From contig VGJW01000015.1 of the NCBI GenBank assembly GCA_016867265.1, positions 1,056 to 65,055 on the forward strand: a DNA stretch of 64,000 nucleotides. The letters run 5' to 3'. Below are positions 47,023 to 56,829 of the stretch, one piece after another. This stretch comes from Candidatus Tanganyikabacteria bacterium. Lineage in GTDB: Bacteria > Cyanobacteriota > Sericytochromatia > S15B-MN24 > VGJW01. The position numbers and the translations under genes are program-made. The notes under the pieces are model-generated. The model had not been told where the DNA came from and ran no database searches. It saw only the letters and a list, made by a program, of their open reading frames with translations. Numbering within the stretch: position 1 is the stretch's first letter; each line of letters begins with the position of its first letter.

Positions 47023-47577
47023 GTGACGGCCAAGACCCTTGCCTGCGGCCTGCTGGTGCTCGTCGCCCTGGCTGTCGGAGGCTCCTTGCCGGCGCAAGCC
47101 GAACCGGATAGCCTGCCCAGCGCCGCGGTTGCCGGAGTCGGGGGTGCGACGGGGTCGACGGTCACGGTCGACGCCTCGGAAGATGCCTTCGTCTGGCGGG
47201 ACTATGGCGATGAGGCCGAGACCGGCCAGCACGTCCCATGGTGGCGTGCCCTCGGTCGCTTCCTCGTACGGTTCGTCTTCGTCCTTGGGCTGCTGGCCGC
47301 CACGCTCTTCGGGCTGCGCCGCTTCATGGCCATGAGGGCCCCGCTCGGGGATGGTCGCATCCTGGTGCTGGAGCAGACACGCTTGGCGGGCACGCAGAGC
47401 CTCTGCCTCGTCCAGGCGGGCGCAAACGTCCTGCTGTTGGGCACCAACGGTGCCGGGCTGCTGGTCAAGCTGGCCGAATGGCCCGTGGATCAGGCGCCCC
47501 CCTCCGTGGCCGAGGCGATGTTCCGCCAATCCGTCAGCCAAGCGGCGCGTACCGGAGACCAGGGCCGGGATGCCTGA
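47023..47577 (+). CDS. fliO: flagellar biosynthesis protein FliO (FliZ of Bacillus)
   Basis: A signal/TM protein immediately upstream of fliP, with a second hydrophobic segment. GTG start. Confidence 0.65.
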   Translation: MTAKTLACGLLVLVALAVGGSLPAQAEPDSLPSAAVAGVGGATGSTVTVDASEDAFVWRDYGDEAETGQHVPWWRALGRFLVRFVFVLGLLAATLFGLRRFMAMRAPLGDGRILVLEQTRLAGTQSLCLVQAGANVLLLGTNGAGLLVKLAEWPVDQAPPSVAEAMFRQSVSQAARTGDQGRDA

Positions 47578-48331
47578 AGTCATCAAGCCGGTTGTCCGCA
47601 TGCTGCCGCTGCTGGCAGCCTGCCTTGTCGCGTGGCTGCTCGGGGATGCCCCGGCCCACGCCCAGCTGCGCGTGCCGGCCATCCCCCTGACCGAGGACCG
47701 GCAGTCCATCTCGACCTCGTTGCAACTGCTGGCGCTGCTGACCGTCTTGTCGCTCGCCCCGGCGATTCTCGTGATGATGACGGCCTTCACCCGCATCGTC
47801 ATCGTCCTTTCCTTCACCCGTCAGGCGCTGGGCACCCAGGCCATGCCCCCGAACCAGGTCATGGTCGGGCTGGCCCTGTTCCTGACGCTGTTCGTCATGA
47901 CGCCGACCCTGCAACGGATCCAGAAGGAAGCCCTGGAGCCCTACCAGTCAGGCCGCATCACGCAGGGTCAGGCACTCAAGGCCGCGGAAGGGCCCATCCG
48001 GACCTTCATGCTGCGCCAGACCCGCCAACGGGACCTCGGCCTTTTCGTCCGCATGGCCAAGATCGAGCGCCCGCGTCGCCCCTCGGACATCCCGACGTGG
48101 GTCGTGGTGCCCGCATTCGTCACCAGCGAGCTCAAGACGGCCTTCCAGATGGGCTTCACGCTCTACCTGCCCTTCCTGGTCATTGATCTCGTCGTCAGCA
48201 GCATCCTGATGTCGATGGGCATGATGATGCTGCCGCCGGTCATGGTCTCGTTGCCCTTCAAGCTGATCCTCTTCGTCCTCGTGGATGGCTGGCACCTGCT
48301 GGCCCGCGGCCTCGTACAGAGCTTCCAATGA
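47570..48331 (+). CDS. fliP: flagellar export apparatus protein FliP
   Basis: FliP motifs (ALLTVLSLAPAILVMMTAFTRIVIVLSF...GFTLYLPFLVIDLVVSSILMSMGMMMLPP). Confidence 0.9.
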   Translation: MPEVIKPVVRMLPLLAACLVAWLLGDAPAHAQLRVPAIPLTEDRQSISTSLQLLALLTVLSLAPAILVMMTAFTRIVIVLSFTRQALGTQAMPPNQVMVGLALFLTLFVMTPTLQRIQKEALEPYQSGRITQGQALKAAEGPIRTFMLRQTRQRDLGLFVRMAKIERPRRPSDIPTWVVVPAFVTSELKTAFQMGFTLYLPFLVIDLVVSSILMSMGMMMLPPVMVSLPFKLILFVLVDGWHLLARGLVQSFQ

Positions 48332-48597
48332 CCCGCGAGGCCTTTCTCGAGCTGACGCAGCACGCGCTCTTGACGGCTGTCATGCTCGGCGGCCCCCCGC
48401 TCTTGGTCTCGCTCGTCGTCGGTCTTGTCATCAGCCTGATCCAGGCCGTGACCCAGCTCAATGAATCGACGCTGACCTTCATCCCCAAGGTTGCCGCCAT
48501 CCTGGCCATCCTGGTCCTGCTGGGCCCGTGGATGCTCGAGTCGATGCTCGACTTCGCCCGTTCGATTCTGGTGGCCCTGCCGCGCATGGCGAAGTAG
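48328..48597 (+). CDS. fliQ: flagellar export apparatus protein FliQ
   Basis: An 89-aa two-TM protein with the FliQ consensus. ATGA-coupled. Confidence 0.9.
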   Translation: MTREAFLELTQHALLTAVMLGGPPLLVSLVVGLVISLIQAVTQLNESTLTFIPKVAAILAILVLLGPWMLESMLDFARSILVALPRMAK

Positions 48598-48605
48598 GCA
48601 CTTCC

Positions 48606-49391
48606 TTGGAGCTGACGGGCCTGATGCAGCTCCCCGGTCAGGGGATTCTGGTCTTCGGCCTGCTGATGACGCGCTTCGGTGCCTTGGCCTTGACGGCACC
48701 CATCCTGTCGGCCCCGCAGGTGCCCATCCGGGTCCGCGTCGGCCTGGGTGCCCTGATGGCCCTGATCCTGGTCCCCCTCGAGCTGGCCCGTCCGGGTCTG
48801 GACCTGCCCGGTGGCCCCGGTGGCCTCGCGACGGCCCTTGCCGGTGAAGCCTTCATCGGCCTTGTCCTGGGCGTTCTGGGGATGTTCATCCTCTACGGCG
48901 TCCAGTTCGCAGGCTATCTGATCGGCCTGCAGATGGGCTTCGGGATGGATCAGGTCTACGATCCGATGTCCAACCAGCAGCTGCCTTCCCTGGCCCTTTT
49001 CCTGGGCTCGCTCGCGTTGCTCGTGCTGCTCCTGACAGACGGACACCTCGCCATTCTCGAGGCCCTGAGCGGCACGCTCGACCAGATACCGCTCGGCCAC
49101 AACCCGTTCACGCCGGCCTTGCTGGACCGGGTCCTGAGTGCGCTTGACGCGCTCTTCACCATCGCCTTCGCCCTGCTCTTCCCCATCCTGGGCGTCCTGC
49201 TCGTCGCCGAGATCGGCTTGGCCGTCATGAACCGCATGATGCCGGCACTGAATGTCTTCTCTGCTGGTTTCGCGCTCAAGATCGCCATCGGCATGGGCAT
49301 CCTGCTGACAGGCCTGCCGTCGATCACGCACTTTCTGGAAAGCGTGATCGCACGCTGGCTGCCCCGGCTCTCGGGGTTTTTCGGATCCTGA
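48606..49391 (+). CDS. fliR: flagellar export apparatus protein FliR
   Basis: A polytopic membrane protein following fliQ. The start is TTG at 48606 or ATG at 48624. Confidence 0.8.
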   Translation: MELTGLMQLPGQGILVFGLLMTRFGALALTAPILSAPQVPIRVRVGLGALMALILVPLELARPGLDLPGGPGGLATALAGEAFIGLVLGVLGMFILYGVQFAGYLIGLQMGFGMDQVYDPMSNQQLPSLALFLGSLALLVLLLTDGHLAILEALSGTLDQIPLGHNPFTPALLDRVLSALDALFTIAFALLFPILGVLLVAEIGLAVMNRMMPALNVFSAGFALKIAIGMGILLTGLPSITHFLESVIARWLPRLSGFFGS

Positions 49392-49394
49392 CGG

Positions 49395-50444
49395 ATGGCC
49401 GAACCCGAGAAGACCGAGGAGGCGACCCCCAAGCGTCGGCAGGACGCCCGCAACAAGGGTCAGGTCCTGCGCAGCAACGACGTGGGCATCGCCGCCACGC
49501 TCGCCGTGGCCCTTGTCCTGTTTCGCCTGAACTGGGCCTCGGCCTCCGAGGCCCTGGGCCAGATGATGGAACGACGGCTCGGTCAGCTCAAGGGACCGGA
49601 CATGACAGCGGAATACCTGGGCACGCTTCTGCTCGAGGACGGCGGCACGCTGCTGGCCGTGGCGGCACCTTTCGCGCTTGGCCTGTTGGTGACGGGCCTC
49701 ATCGTGCAGCGGGCCATGGTGGGCCAGTTGCTGACGACGGAGCCGCTGCGTCCCGATCTCAAGCGCATCGATCCAATTTCCGGCCTGAAGCGCCTGTTTT
49801 CGGGCCGGGCGGTGATGGAGCTGGTCAAGAACCTTGCCAAGATGGCCGTACTCGGAACCGTGGCGTGGCAAGTCGTCCGGCAATATGGCCCTGGGCTGGT
49901 CGTGGCACTGGGCTCGGATCCGCGCATCTTCGCACCCCGCATCGGCGAGGCGCTCTGGACGCTCGGCATTCGCATCGTCATGGTCCTCGCGGCCTTTGCC
50001 GCCTTCGACTGGTGGTGGCAGAAGCGGACTTACGAAAAGTCGCTCAAGATGTCCAAGCAGGAGGTCAAGGACGAAAACCGCAACAGCGAGGGTGACCCGC
50101 TGGTCAAGGGCGAGATCCGCAAGCGCATGCGGCAGGCGGCCCGGCGCCGGATGATGCAGCAGGTACCGCTCGCCAGCGTGGTCGTGACCAACCCGACGCA
50201 CTTCGCTGTGGCCCTGCGCTACCACCCGGTCGACATGCCCGTGCCCATTGTCGTCGCCAAGGGCACGGACGAGATTGCCCGCCGCATCAAGGAATTGGCC
50301 CGTCTCCACGGTGTCCCCGTCGTCGAGAACCCCCCTCTGGCCCGGCAGATGGTCCGGCAAGTCGACCTCGGGGAGAGCATCCCTGCCGAACTCTATCAGG
50401 TGGTGGCCGAGATTCTGGTCTCGGTCCAGCGCGCCGGGGTATAG
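49395..50444 (+). CDS. flhB: flagellar export apparatus protein FlhB
   Basis: Four TM segments plus a cytoplasmic domain with the NPTH autocleavage site (VVTNPTHFAVALRY). Confidence 0.9.
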   Translation: MAEPEKTEEATPKRRQDARNKGQVLRSNDVGIAATLAVALVLFRLNWASASEALGQMMERRLGQLKGPDMTAEYLGTLLLEDGGTLLAVAAPFALGLLVTGLIVQRAMVGQLLTTEPLRPDLKRIDPISGLKRLFSGRAVMELVKNLAKMAVLGTVAWQVVRQYGPGLVVALGSDPRIFAPRIGEALWTLGIRIVMVLAAFAAFDWWWQKRTYEKSLKMSKQEVKDENRNSEGDPLVKGEIRKRMRQAARRRMMQQVPLASVVVTNPTHFAVALRYHPVDMPVPIVVAKGTDEIARRIKELARLHGVPVVENPPLARQMVRQVDLGESIPAELYQVVAEILVSVQRAGV

Positions 50445-50453
50445 AGCGTTTCC

Positions 50454-52559
50454 ATGGCCAGCCAGTCGACCGCCCCCGCCGGAAGCGCTGCTCCGGGCGG
50501 CCTTGCGGCCTTGGCGCGAAACTCGGACATCGTGCTGGCCGTCATCATGGTGTCCGTCGTCATCATGATGATCCTGCCGATACCGGCGGCCATCCTCGAT
50601 TTCCTGCTGGTCGTCAATATCACGGCCAGCCTGCTGATGTTGCTGCTGGCGCTCTACGTGATCGAGCCCGTCTCGCTCAACACGTTTCCGACGCTGTTGT
50701 TGCTGCTGACCTTGTTCCGGCTGGCACTCAACGTCTCGACCACCCGGGTGATCCTGCTCGATGCCGACCACGTGCCCAAGGTCGTCGAGGCTTTCGGCAA
50801 GTTCGTCATCGGCGGCAACTATGTCGTCGGTCTGGTCGTGTTCCTGATCCTCGTCATCATCCAGTTCGTCGTCATCACCAACGGCGCAGGCCGCATCTCG
50901 GAAGTCTCCGCGCGCTTCACGCTGGATGCCATGCCCGGCAAGCAGATGGCCATCGACGCCGACCTCAACAGTGGCCTCATCCAGGAACAGGAGGCCAAGG
51001 AGCGCCGGCAGGCCATCCAGCGCGAGGCCGACTTCTACGGCACGATGGACGGTGCCAGCAAATTCGTCCGTGGTGACGCCGTCGCAGGTCTCATCATCAC
51101 GGCCATCAACCTGGTCGGGGGCATCGTCATCGGTGTCCTGCAGCAGGGACGACCGCTCGTCGATGCGGCCGGAAGGTATACCGTCCTGTCCATTGGTGAT
51201 GGCCTGATCAGTCAGATTCCCGCCCTGCTGATCTCGACCGGTACCGGCATCCTGGTGTCGCGGGCCGCCAGCACCACCAGCCTCGGCGAGACCATCGCGG
51301 GCCAAATCACGGCCAGCCCGCGACCGCTGCTGATCGCGGCCGGCATGCTCGGGTTCCTCGCCGTCGTGCCGGGCTTGCCCGGGCTGCCCTTCCTGCTCGT
51401 GGCCGGCATCGTCGGCGGAATCGGCTATACGATGGTGCGCCAGGACCAGGCAGGCAAGGCTGCCGCTGCCGCCATCGAGATGACGGACGAGGCCGGCATC
51501 GAGGCCCCCAAGGGACCCGAGAACGTCATGAGCCTGCTCAAGGTTGACGCCATGGAGCTCGAGGTCGGCTACCGGCTGATCCCCCTCGTGGATACGAGCC
51601 AGGGTGGGGACCTTCTTGAGCGCATCACGATGATTCGCCGGCAGATGGCCCTCAAGATGGGGCTGGTGGTCCCCCCCATCCGGGTCCGTGACAACCTGCA
51701 GCTCAAGCCCAAGGAATACCGCATCAACATGCGGGGTATCGACATCGCGCGAGGCGAGGTGCAGATCGACCACTTCCTCGCGATGGACTCAGGCCTCGCC
51801 GTTGAGCCCGTGGACGGCATCGCGACGGTGGAACCGGTCTTCGGGCTGCCCGCGACGTGGATCACGGAAGACCGCAAGGAACAGGCCGAAATGGCCGGCT
51901 ATACGATCTTCGACGTGGCCTCGGTGATCGCGACGCACCTCATGGAAGTGCTCAAGGCCCATGCGCCCGAGATCCTGACCCGCGCCGACACCCAGGCCCT
52001 TCTGGACAACCTCAAGCAGGAACAGGAAGCCCTCGTCAATGCCGTCGTGCCCGAGTTGTTGCAAGTCTCGGATGTCCAGCACGTCCTTCAGAACCTGCTG
52101 CGGGATCGTGTCAGCATCCGGGACCTGATTCCGGTCATGGAGAGCCTGGAGACGCATGCTCGCCTGACCAAGGACATCGACACGCTGACGGAATATGCCC
52201 GGCTTGCCCTTGCGCGCTCCATCTGCAAGGCCAGCCTGGGCCCCGATGGTGCCCTGTCCGTCCTGACGCTGGACCCCGACCTCGAGAATCACATGGCGCA
52301 AAATATCCAGCAGACGGATCAGGGCGCTTTCGTCAGCCTCGAACCCGGCCTTGCCGGCATCATCCGCCGCAACACCCGCACCCTGGTCGAGCAGCAATTG
52401 GCCTCGGGCATCTCGCCCGTCGTCCTCTGCTCCAGCAAGGTCCGCCTCGTCTTCCGCCGCCTGATGGAGCGGGACCTGCCCCAGATTCCGGTCATGGCCT
52501 ACAACGAGGTCGTCCCGACCAGCACCGAGGTCCGCGCACTCGGGGTCATCCAGACATGA
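50454..52559 (+). CDS. flhA: flagellar export apparatus protein FlhA
   Basis: A 701-aa product with the FHIPEP family N-terminal TM region and a conserved cytoplasmic domain. Confidence 0.9.
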   Translation: MASQSTAPAGSAAPGGLAALARNSDIVLAVIMVSVVIMMILPIPAAILDFLLVVNITASLLMLLLALYVIEPVSLNTFPTLLLLLTLFRLALNVSTTRVILLDADHVPKVVEAFGKFVIGGNYVVGLVVFLILVIIQFVVITNGAGRISEVSARFTLDAMPGKQMAIDADLNSGLIQEQEAKERRQAIQREADFYGTMDGASKFVRGDAVAGLIITAINLVGGIVIGVLQQGRPLVDAAGRYTVLSIGDGLISQIPALLISTGTGILVSRAASTTSLGETIAGQITASPRPLLIAAGMLGFLAVVPGLPGLPFLLVAGIVGGIGYTMVRQDQAGKAAAAAIEMTDEAGIEAPKGPENVMSLLKVDAMELEVGYRLIPLVDTSQGGDLLERITMIRRQMALKMGLVVPPIRVRDNLQLKPKEYRINMRGIDIARGEVQIDHFLAMDSGLAVEPVDGIATVEPVFGLPATWITEDRKEQAEMAGYTIFDVASVIATHLMEVLKAHAPEILTRADTQALLDNLKQEQEALVNAVVPELLQVSDVQHVLQNLLRDRVSIRDLIPVMESLETHARLTKDIDTLTEYARLALARSICKASLGPDGALSVLTLDPDLENHMAQNIQQTDQGAFVSLEPGLAGIIRRNTRTLVEQQLASGISPVVLCSSKVRLVFRRLMERDLPQIPVMAYNEVVPTSTEVRALGVIQT

Positions 52560-53332
52560 CGACCGACCTCGCCGCATTGAAACAGGCCGTGGCCAGCGTC
52601 TTGCCGTTTCCAATTGACCGGTATCGGGATGATGCGGTTGACCGCCGGCTGGCCTCGTGGCTCTCGGGACGCCCCGAGCAGACCCGTGAGGCCCTTCTGG
52701 AAAGATTGCAGCGGGACATTGACCTGCAGGACGACCTGATTGCCGGGCTGACGATCCACGTGACGGGCTGGCTGCGGGATCCCGAGGGCTTCTCGGCACT
52801 CAGGGACCGGATCCTGCCTGAGCTCGCGACACGCTTCGGGACGGTCCGCATCTGGAGCGCCGGTTGTTCGGACGGGGCCGAGATCCTCTCGGTGGCCGCG
52901 ATGGCCGAGGCCGCCGGCCTGCTGGATCGCTGCGTCCTGACGGCGTCGGACATCAGCCGGCCGACACTCGCCCGCGCAGGCCGCGGCGTCTTCCGGCCCG
53001 AGGCCCAGCAGGGCTTGCCGGAATCCTGGCGGGACAGCAAGGGCACCGTCGCGGCCGACGGTACCTGGACGGCGCCTGCGACATGGCTCGGGGGGATTCG
53101 GTTCGTGGCTCACGATCTGCTTGGCGAACTGCCCCTGCAGGGCCAGCACCTGATCCTGTGCCGCAACGTCACCATCCACATGGTCGACGAAGCCCGGGAC
53201 GAGGTCTGGCGCAAGCTGGGGAGGGCGCTGCCTTCAGGGGGTATGCTGTTCGTAGGTTCGGCGGAACATCTTCCCGCCGGCGGGGAGCACGGCTGCCGCC
53301 CCTTGCGGCCGTTCTTCTACGAGAAGGCCTGA
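52556..53332 (+). CDS. cheR: chemotaxis protein methyltransferase CheR
   Basis: A CheR N-terminal helical domain plus a SAM-binding domain (IWSAGCSDGAE). The ATGA overlaps flhA. Confidence 0.8.
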   Translation: MTTDLAALKQAVASVLPFPIDRYRDDAVDRRLASWLSGRPEQTREALLERLQRDIDLQDDLIAGLTIHVTGWLRDPEGFSALRDRILPELATRFGTVRIWSAGCSDGAEILSVAAMAEAAGLLDRCVLTASDISRPTLARAGRGVFRPEAQQGLPESWRDSKGTVAADGTWTAPATWLGGIRFVAHDLLGELPLQGQHLILCRNVTIHMVDEARDEVWRKLGRALPSGGMLFVGSAEHLPAGGEHGCRPLRPFFYEKA

Positions 53333-53335
53333 CGC

Positions 53336-55387
53336 GTGGACAACGACCAGTACCTGAGCATCTTCCTCGACGAGGCACGGGAGATGCTGCAGCTGCTCAA
53401 CGATCGGCTGCTGCAGCTCGAGGCGAAACCGGACGACCGCAAGTCCGTCGACGAGATCTTCCGGGCAGCCCACACGCTCAAGGGCATGTCGGCCACGATG
53501 GGCTATGCCGCCCTCGCCGACCTCACGCACAAGATGGAGAACCTGCTCGACGCCATCCGCGTGGGCAAGCGCCAGGCCGACAGGACAGTCGTCGATGCCT
53601 TGTTCGCCTGCCTCGACACCATCTCGGGGATGCTCGACGCCATCATCGAGGAACGCTCGGGCCCCGACCACAGGGCACTGGCCCAGCGCCTGACGGCCAT
53701 CCTCGAGCACGCGACGCCCGCTCCGCCCCCCGTGGCCGTGCAGGCCATCGTGCCGGCCGCGGCCGCCTCATCCGGCTGGCCCAGTGTCGCCGACTACGTC
53801 ATGACGGTCATCTTGGAGGGCGAATCCCAAGGGTTCCAGGCGCACTGGATCGAGGTCACGCTCGCCGCCGACTGCATGCTCAAGGGTGTCCGCTCCTACA
53901 TGGTGATGTCGGCGCTCGAGGGGCAAGGCGAGCTGCTCCAGGCGAGCCCCGAGGTATCCGAGCTCGAAGAGGAGCGCTTCGACCGCAGCTTCTCGCTCCT
54001 TGTCCTGTCCAAGGAATCCGTCCAGGACCTGGAAGCCCGCATCCGCGACGTCTCCGAGGTCACCTCGGTCCGGCACGCGCCGTTGTCCGGGCAGCGCACG
54101 GCCGCGGCGCCACCGCCCACGGTCTCGTCGCCACCGGAACTGCCGCCCCCGGCCGCGGCCCAGCCGGTATCCCCGGCACCGCCTGCTCCTGCCTCACCGG
54201 CCAAGGGCGGTCAAGACCAGAGGGGGGACGAGGGCAAGGCCAAGGTCGCCCAGACCGTGCGCGTCGCCACGGAGCGCCTCGATGCCCTGGTCAATCTGGT
54301 CGGGGAACTCGTCATCGATCGAACGCGGCTGCAGGAAATCGTCCATCGCTACGAATCCGACGATGTGAAGGAAGTCATCCGCCACGTCGGCTCCGTGATC
54401 TCGGATATCCACGGCGTGATCATGAAGCTGCGCATGATGCCGGTCGAGCGGGTTTTCAGCCGATTCCCCCGCATGGTGCGCGACCTCGCGCGCGAGCTCA
54501 ACAAAGAGGTCCAGCTGGTCGTCGAGGGTCAGGAAACGGAACTGGACCGCCTGATGATCGACGAAATCGCAGACCCGCTGCTGCATCTGCTGCGCAACGC
54601 CGTCGATCACGGTCTCGAGCCCGGTGACGACCGCGAACTGATGGGCAAGCCCCGTGTGGGCACCATCCGCCTGGCAGCCAGACACGAAGGCAGCCACGTC
54701 ATCATCGAGGTGCAGGACGATGGCAAGGGTCTGGACCCCGAACGCATCCGTCGCAAGGCCGTCGAGAAGGGACTGATCGGCCAGGAAGAGGCGCAGCGGC
54801 TGAACGACAAGCAATGCCTGGACCTGCTCTTCCTGCCCGGCTTCTCGACCCGTGACGAGGTCACGGACATCTCGGGCCGGGGCGTCGGCATGGATGCGGT
54901 GAAGGCCAAGACCCTGGCGCTCGGGGGCGTGCTCGACATGACGAGCCAGGTCGGACGCGGCACCCACGTGACGGTCATCCTACCGCTGACGCTGGCCATC
55001 ATCCAGTGTATGCTGACGGAGGTGGGCGAAGAAATCTACGCCATCCCCATCAGCTTCATCGAGGATGCGCACGACCTCGTGGACATGTCGCTGCAGTCTG
55101 TCCAGGACGAGGAGATGGCGATGCTGCGCGGCCAAAGCCTGCCCCTTCGGCGGCTGCGCGAGGCCCTCGACGTCCCCGGCGGCATTGCAGGCCAGGAGGC
55201 ATCGGTCGTGATCGTCCGGGTCGGTTCTCGCCGCACGGGCTTCCTCGTGGACCGCCTGCTGGGTCAGCAGGAAGTCGTCATCAAGCCCATCAGCCGGCTT
55301 GCAGGCGGCATCGGCCAAGTCAGTGGCGCCTCGATCCTAGGCGACGGACGCATCGCGCTCATCCTCGATGCGTCGGCGGTGGCCTGA
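53336..55387 (+). CDS. cheA: chemotaxis histidine kinase CheA
   Basis: HPt (AAHTLKGMSATMG), a dimerisation domain, HATPase (...DDGKGLD...) and a CheW-like C-terminal domain. GTG start. Confidence 0.9.
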   Translation: MDNDQYLSIFLDEAREMLQLLNDRLLQLEAKPDDRKSVDEIFRAAHTLKGMSATMGYAALADLTHKMENLLDAIRVGKRQADRTVVDALFACLDTISGMLDAIIEERSGPDHRALAQRLTAILEHATPAPPPVAVQAIVPAAAASSGWPSVADYVMTVILEGESQGFQAHWIEVTLAADCMLKGVRSYMVMSALEGQGELLQASPEVSELEEERFDRSFSLLVLSKESVQDLEARIRDVSEVTSVRHAPLSGQRTAAAPPPTVSSPPELPPPAAAQPVSPAPPAPASPAKGGQDQRGDEGKAKVAQTVRVATERLDALVNLVGELVIDRTRLQEIVHRYESDDVKEVIRHVGSVISDIHGVIMKLRMMPVERVFSRFPRMVRDLARELNKEVQLVVEGQETELDRLMIDEIADPLLHLLRNAVDHGLEPGDDRELMGKPRVGTIRLAARHEGSHVIIEVQDDGKGLDPERIRRKAVEKGLIGQEEAQRLNDKQCLDLLFLPGFSTRDEVTDISGRGVGMDAVKAKTLALGGVLDMTSQVGRGTHVTVILPLTLAIIQCMLTEVGEEIYAIPISFIEDAHDLVDMSLQSVQDEEMAMLRGQSLPLRRLREALDVPGGIAGQEASVVIVRVGSRRTGFLVDRLLGQQEVVIKPISRLAGGIGQVSGASILGDGRIALILDASAVA

Positions 55388-55398
55388 GGCACGCGTCC

Positions 55399-56022
55399 AT
55401 GACGGAACCCCGGCGACTGACAGAGCTGCAACTCGACGCCCTGCGCGAGATGGGCAACATCGGCTCCGGGCATGCCGCGGCCTCGCTGTCCACCTTGCTC
55501 GGTCACCCGGTCCGGATGGACGTGCCCGCGGCCAACTTGAGCGACCTCGGGCAGATCGGGGCCCTGCTCGGCGGGCGAGAGGCCATGGTCTGGGCCGTCT
55601 ATCTCACGGTCTCCGGCGATCTCGAGGGCCACATGGCCCTCTTGATCCGCGAAGCCGAGGCCCGACGCCTCGTCGGCGTCCTGCTGCCGAACCGGGGCGC
55701 GGCCAGCGCCATGGACGAGCTTGCCGAATCGACGCTGGCGGAGATCGGCAACATCCTGACTTCGGCCTATGTCGGGGCGTTGACCCAATTGACGGGTTTC
55801 GACTTGCGACCCAGCCCGCCGTTGCTGGCCCACGATCAAGCAGGAGCCGTCCTGGACTCGCTGGCCGCGGAGATTCACTTGGCCGGCCAGACGATCGTGA
55901 CGCTCGAGGGGCGCCTCGAGGTGCCCGCCATACCGGGCTGCGGCGTGCTGCTGGTGTTCCTGCCGCCCCCCGCCATCCTCCCGAGGATGTTCGAGGCCTT
56001 GGGACTGGATGCGCTGCGGTGA
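55399..56022 (+). CDS. cheC: CheY-P phosphatase CheC
   Basis: LDALREMGNIGSGHAAASLSTLLG and a second repeat ...EIGNILTSAYVGAL match the CheC duplicated motifs. Confidence 0.8.
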   Translation: MTEPRRLTELQLDALREMGNIGSGHAAASLSTLLGHPVRMDVPAANLSDLGQIGALLGGREAMVWAVYLTVSGDLEGHMALLIREAEARRLVGVLLPNRGAASAMDELAESTLAEIGNILTSAYVGALTQLTGFDLRPSPPLLAHDQAGAVLDSLAAEIHLAGQTIVTLEGRLEVPAIPGCGVLLVFLPPPAILPRMFEALGLDALR

Positions 56023-56033
56023 GGGACGTGCCC

Positions 56034-56528
56034 ATGGCCACGTGGATGACCTCGGATGCCGTTGCGGAGACCTTGCGCATCGTCGGTCTGGGCAGCTGCG
56101 TGGCCGTGGTCCTCAGGGCCGTCCGGAAGCCGCTCGTCGGTGTGGGCCACTTTATGCTGCCTGCGCGGTCCCAGGGCGTTCCCGAGGATGACAGGGACAA
56201 ATTCGTGGACTCGGGCATCGTGGCGATGGCCGAGGCGCTGGGTGCAAGGGGCGTGCCTCCGGCCGCCCTCGAGGCCCTCGTGGCGGGTGGGGCAAGGATG
56301 TTCCGGGGCTTCGGCGGGGGTCCGGCCATCGGTATCCGCAACGTGGCGGCTGCGCGGGAAACCCTGGACTTACTCGGCATCGCCGTCGTGGCTGGGGATG
56401 TGGGCGGCGTCAGCAGCCGCAACCTCCTCGTGGCCCATTGCGGCCAGGCCGTTTCCGTAGCCTACCCTGGCCAGACCGGACACCCCGTGGTCGCGTGGCG
56501 AGACGCGGCGGAGACCACGAGCCCATGA
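56034..56528 (+). CDS. cheD: chemoreceptor glutamine deamidase CheD
   Basis: LGSCVAVVL...GHFMLP...GGARMF...IGIRNV matches CheD. An alternative GTG start at 56019 overlaps the cheC stop. Confidence 0.8.
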   Translation: MATWMTSDAVAETLRIVGLGSCVAVVLRAVRKPLVGVGHFMLPARSQGVPEDDRDKFVDSGIVAMAEALGARGVPPAALEALVAGGARMFRGFGGGPAIGIRNVAAARETLDLLGIAVVAGDVGGVSSRNLLVAHCGQAVSVAYPGQTGHPVVAWRDAAETTSP

Positions 56529-56761
56529 TGCATCGGGACTGGACGCTAGTTCTGGGAGCAGGGGCCTTGGTGGTGGTCGGGGGACTCACGCTCATCGGGG
56601 GCGCCACGCTCGGCACCGCAGCCTACCGAGGTCTGCTGGCCTCGCTGATGGGAGGTCTGCTGGGCTTCGCGCTCGACGTGGTTCTGGCCCAGGTTCCGCC
56701 CCCGGAACTGCTGGACCAGAAGGGCGCCAAGGGTCCCGAGTCCGGGACGCAGGGCGAGTGA
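56525..56761 (+). CDS. small Gly-rich membrane protein (78 aa) between cheD and fliA
   Basis: ATGA-coupled to cheD, with two predicted TM helices. No known family. Confidence 0.45.
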   Translation: MMHRDWTLVLGAGALVVVGGLTLIGGATLGTAAYRGLLASLMGGLLGFALDVVLAQVPPPELLDQKGAKGPESGTQGE

Positions 56762-56829
56762 ATGCGGTTGCCCCGTGACGCGTGACCGGGCTATGATGGA
56801 GCGTATCAAGACATCGCAAGTGAGGTGGG

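Noticed and set aside
48258-51773. 1171-aa minus-strand ORF, the longest in the ORF track. Also other very long antisense ORFs: 34435-36594 (719 aa), 38224-40179 (651 aa), 41205-43142 (645 aa), 25955-27712, 26908-28554, 22481-23854, 23692-25203, 24537-26114 and 10483-12210.
   Set aside because: All lie antisense to strongly supported flagellar, efflux or lipoprotein genes. Their products are Arg/Gly/Pro-rich with no motifs, which is the typical stop-codon-poor shadow frame in ~70% GC DNA.
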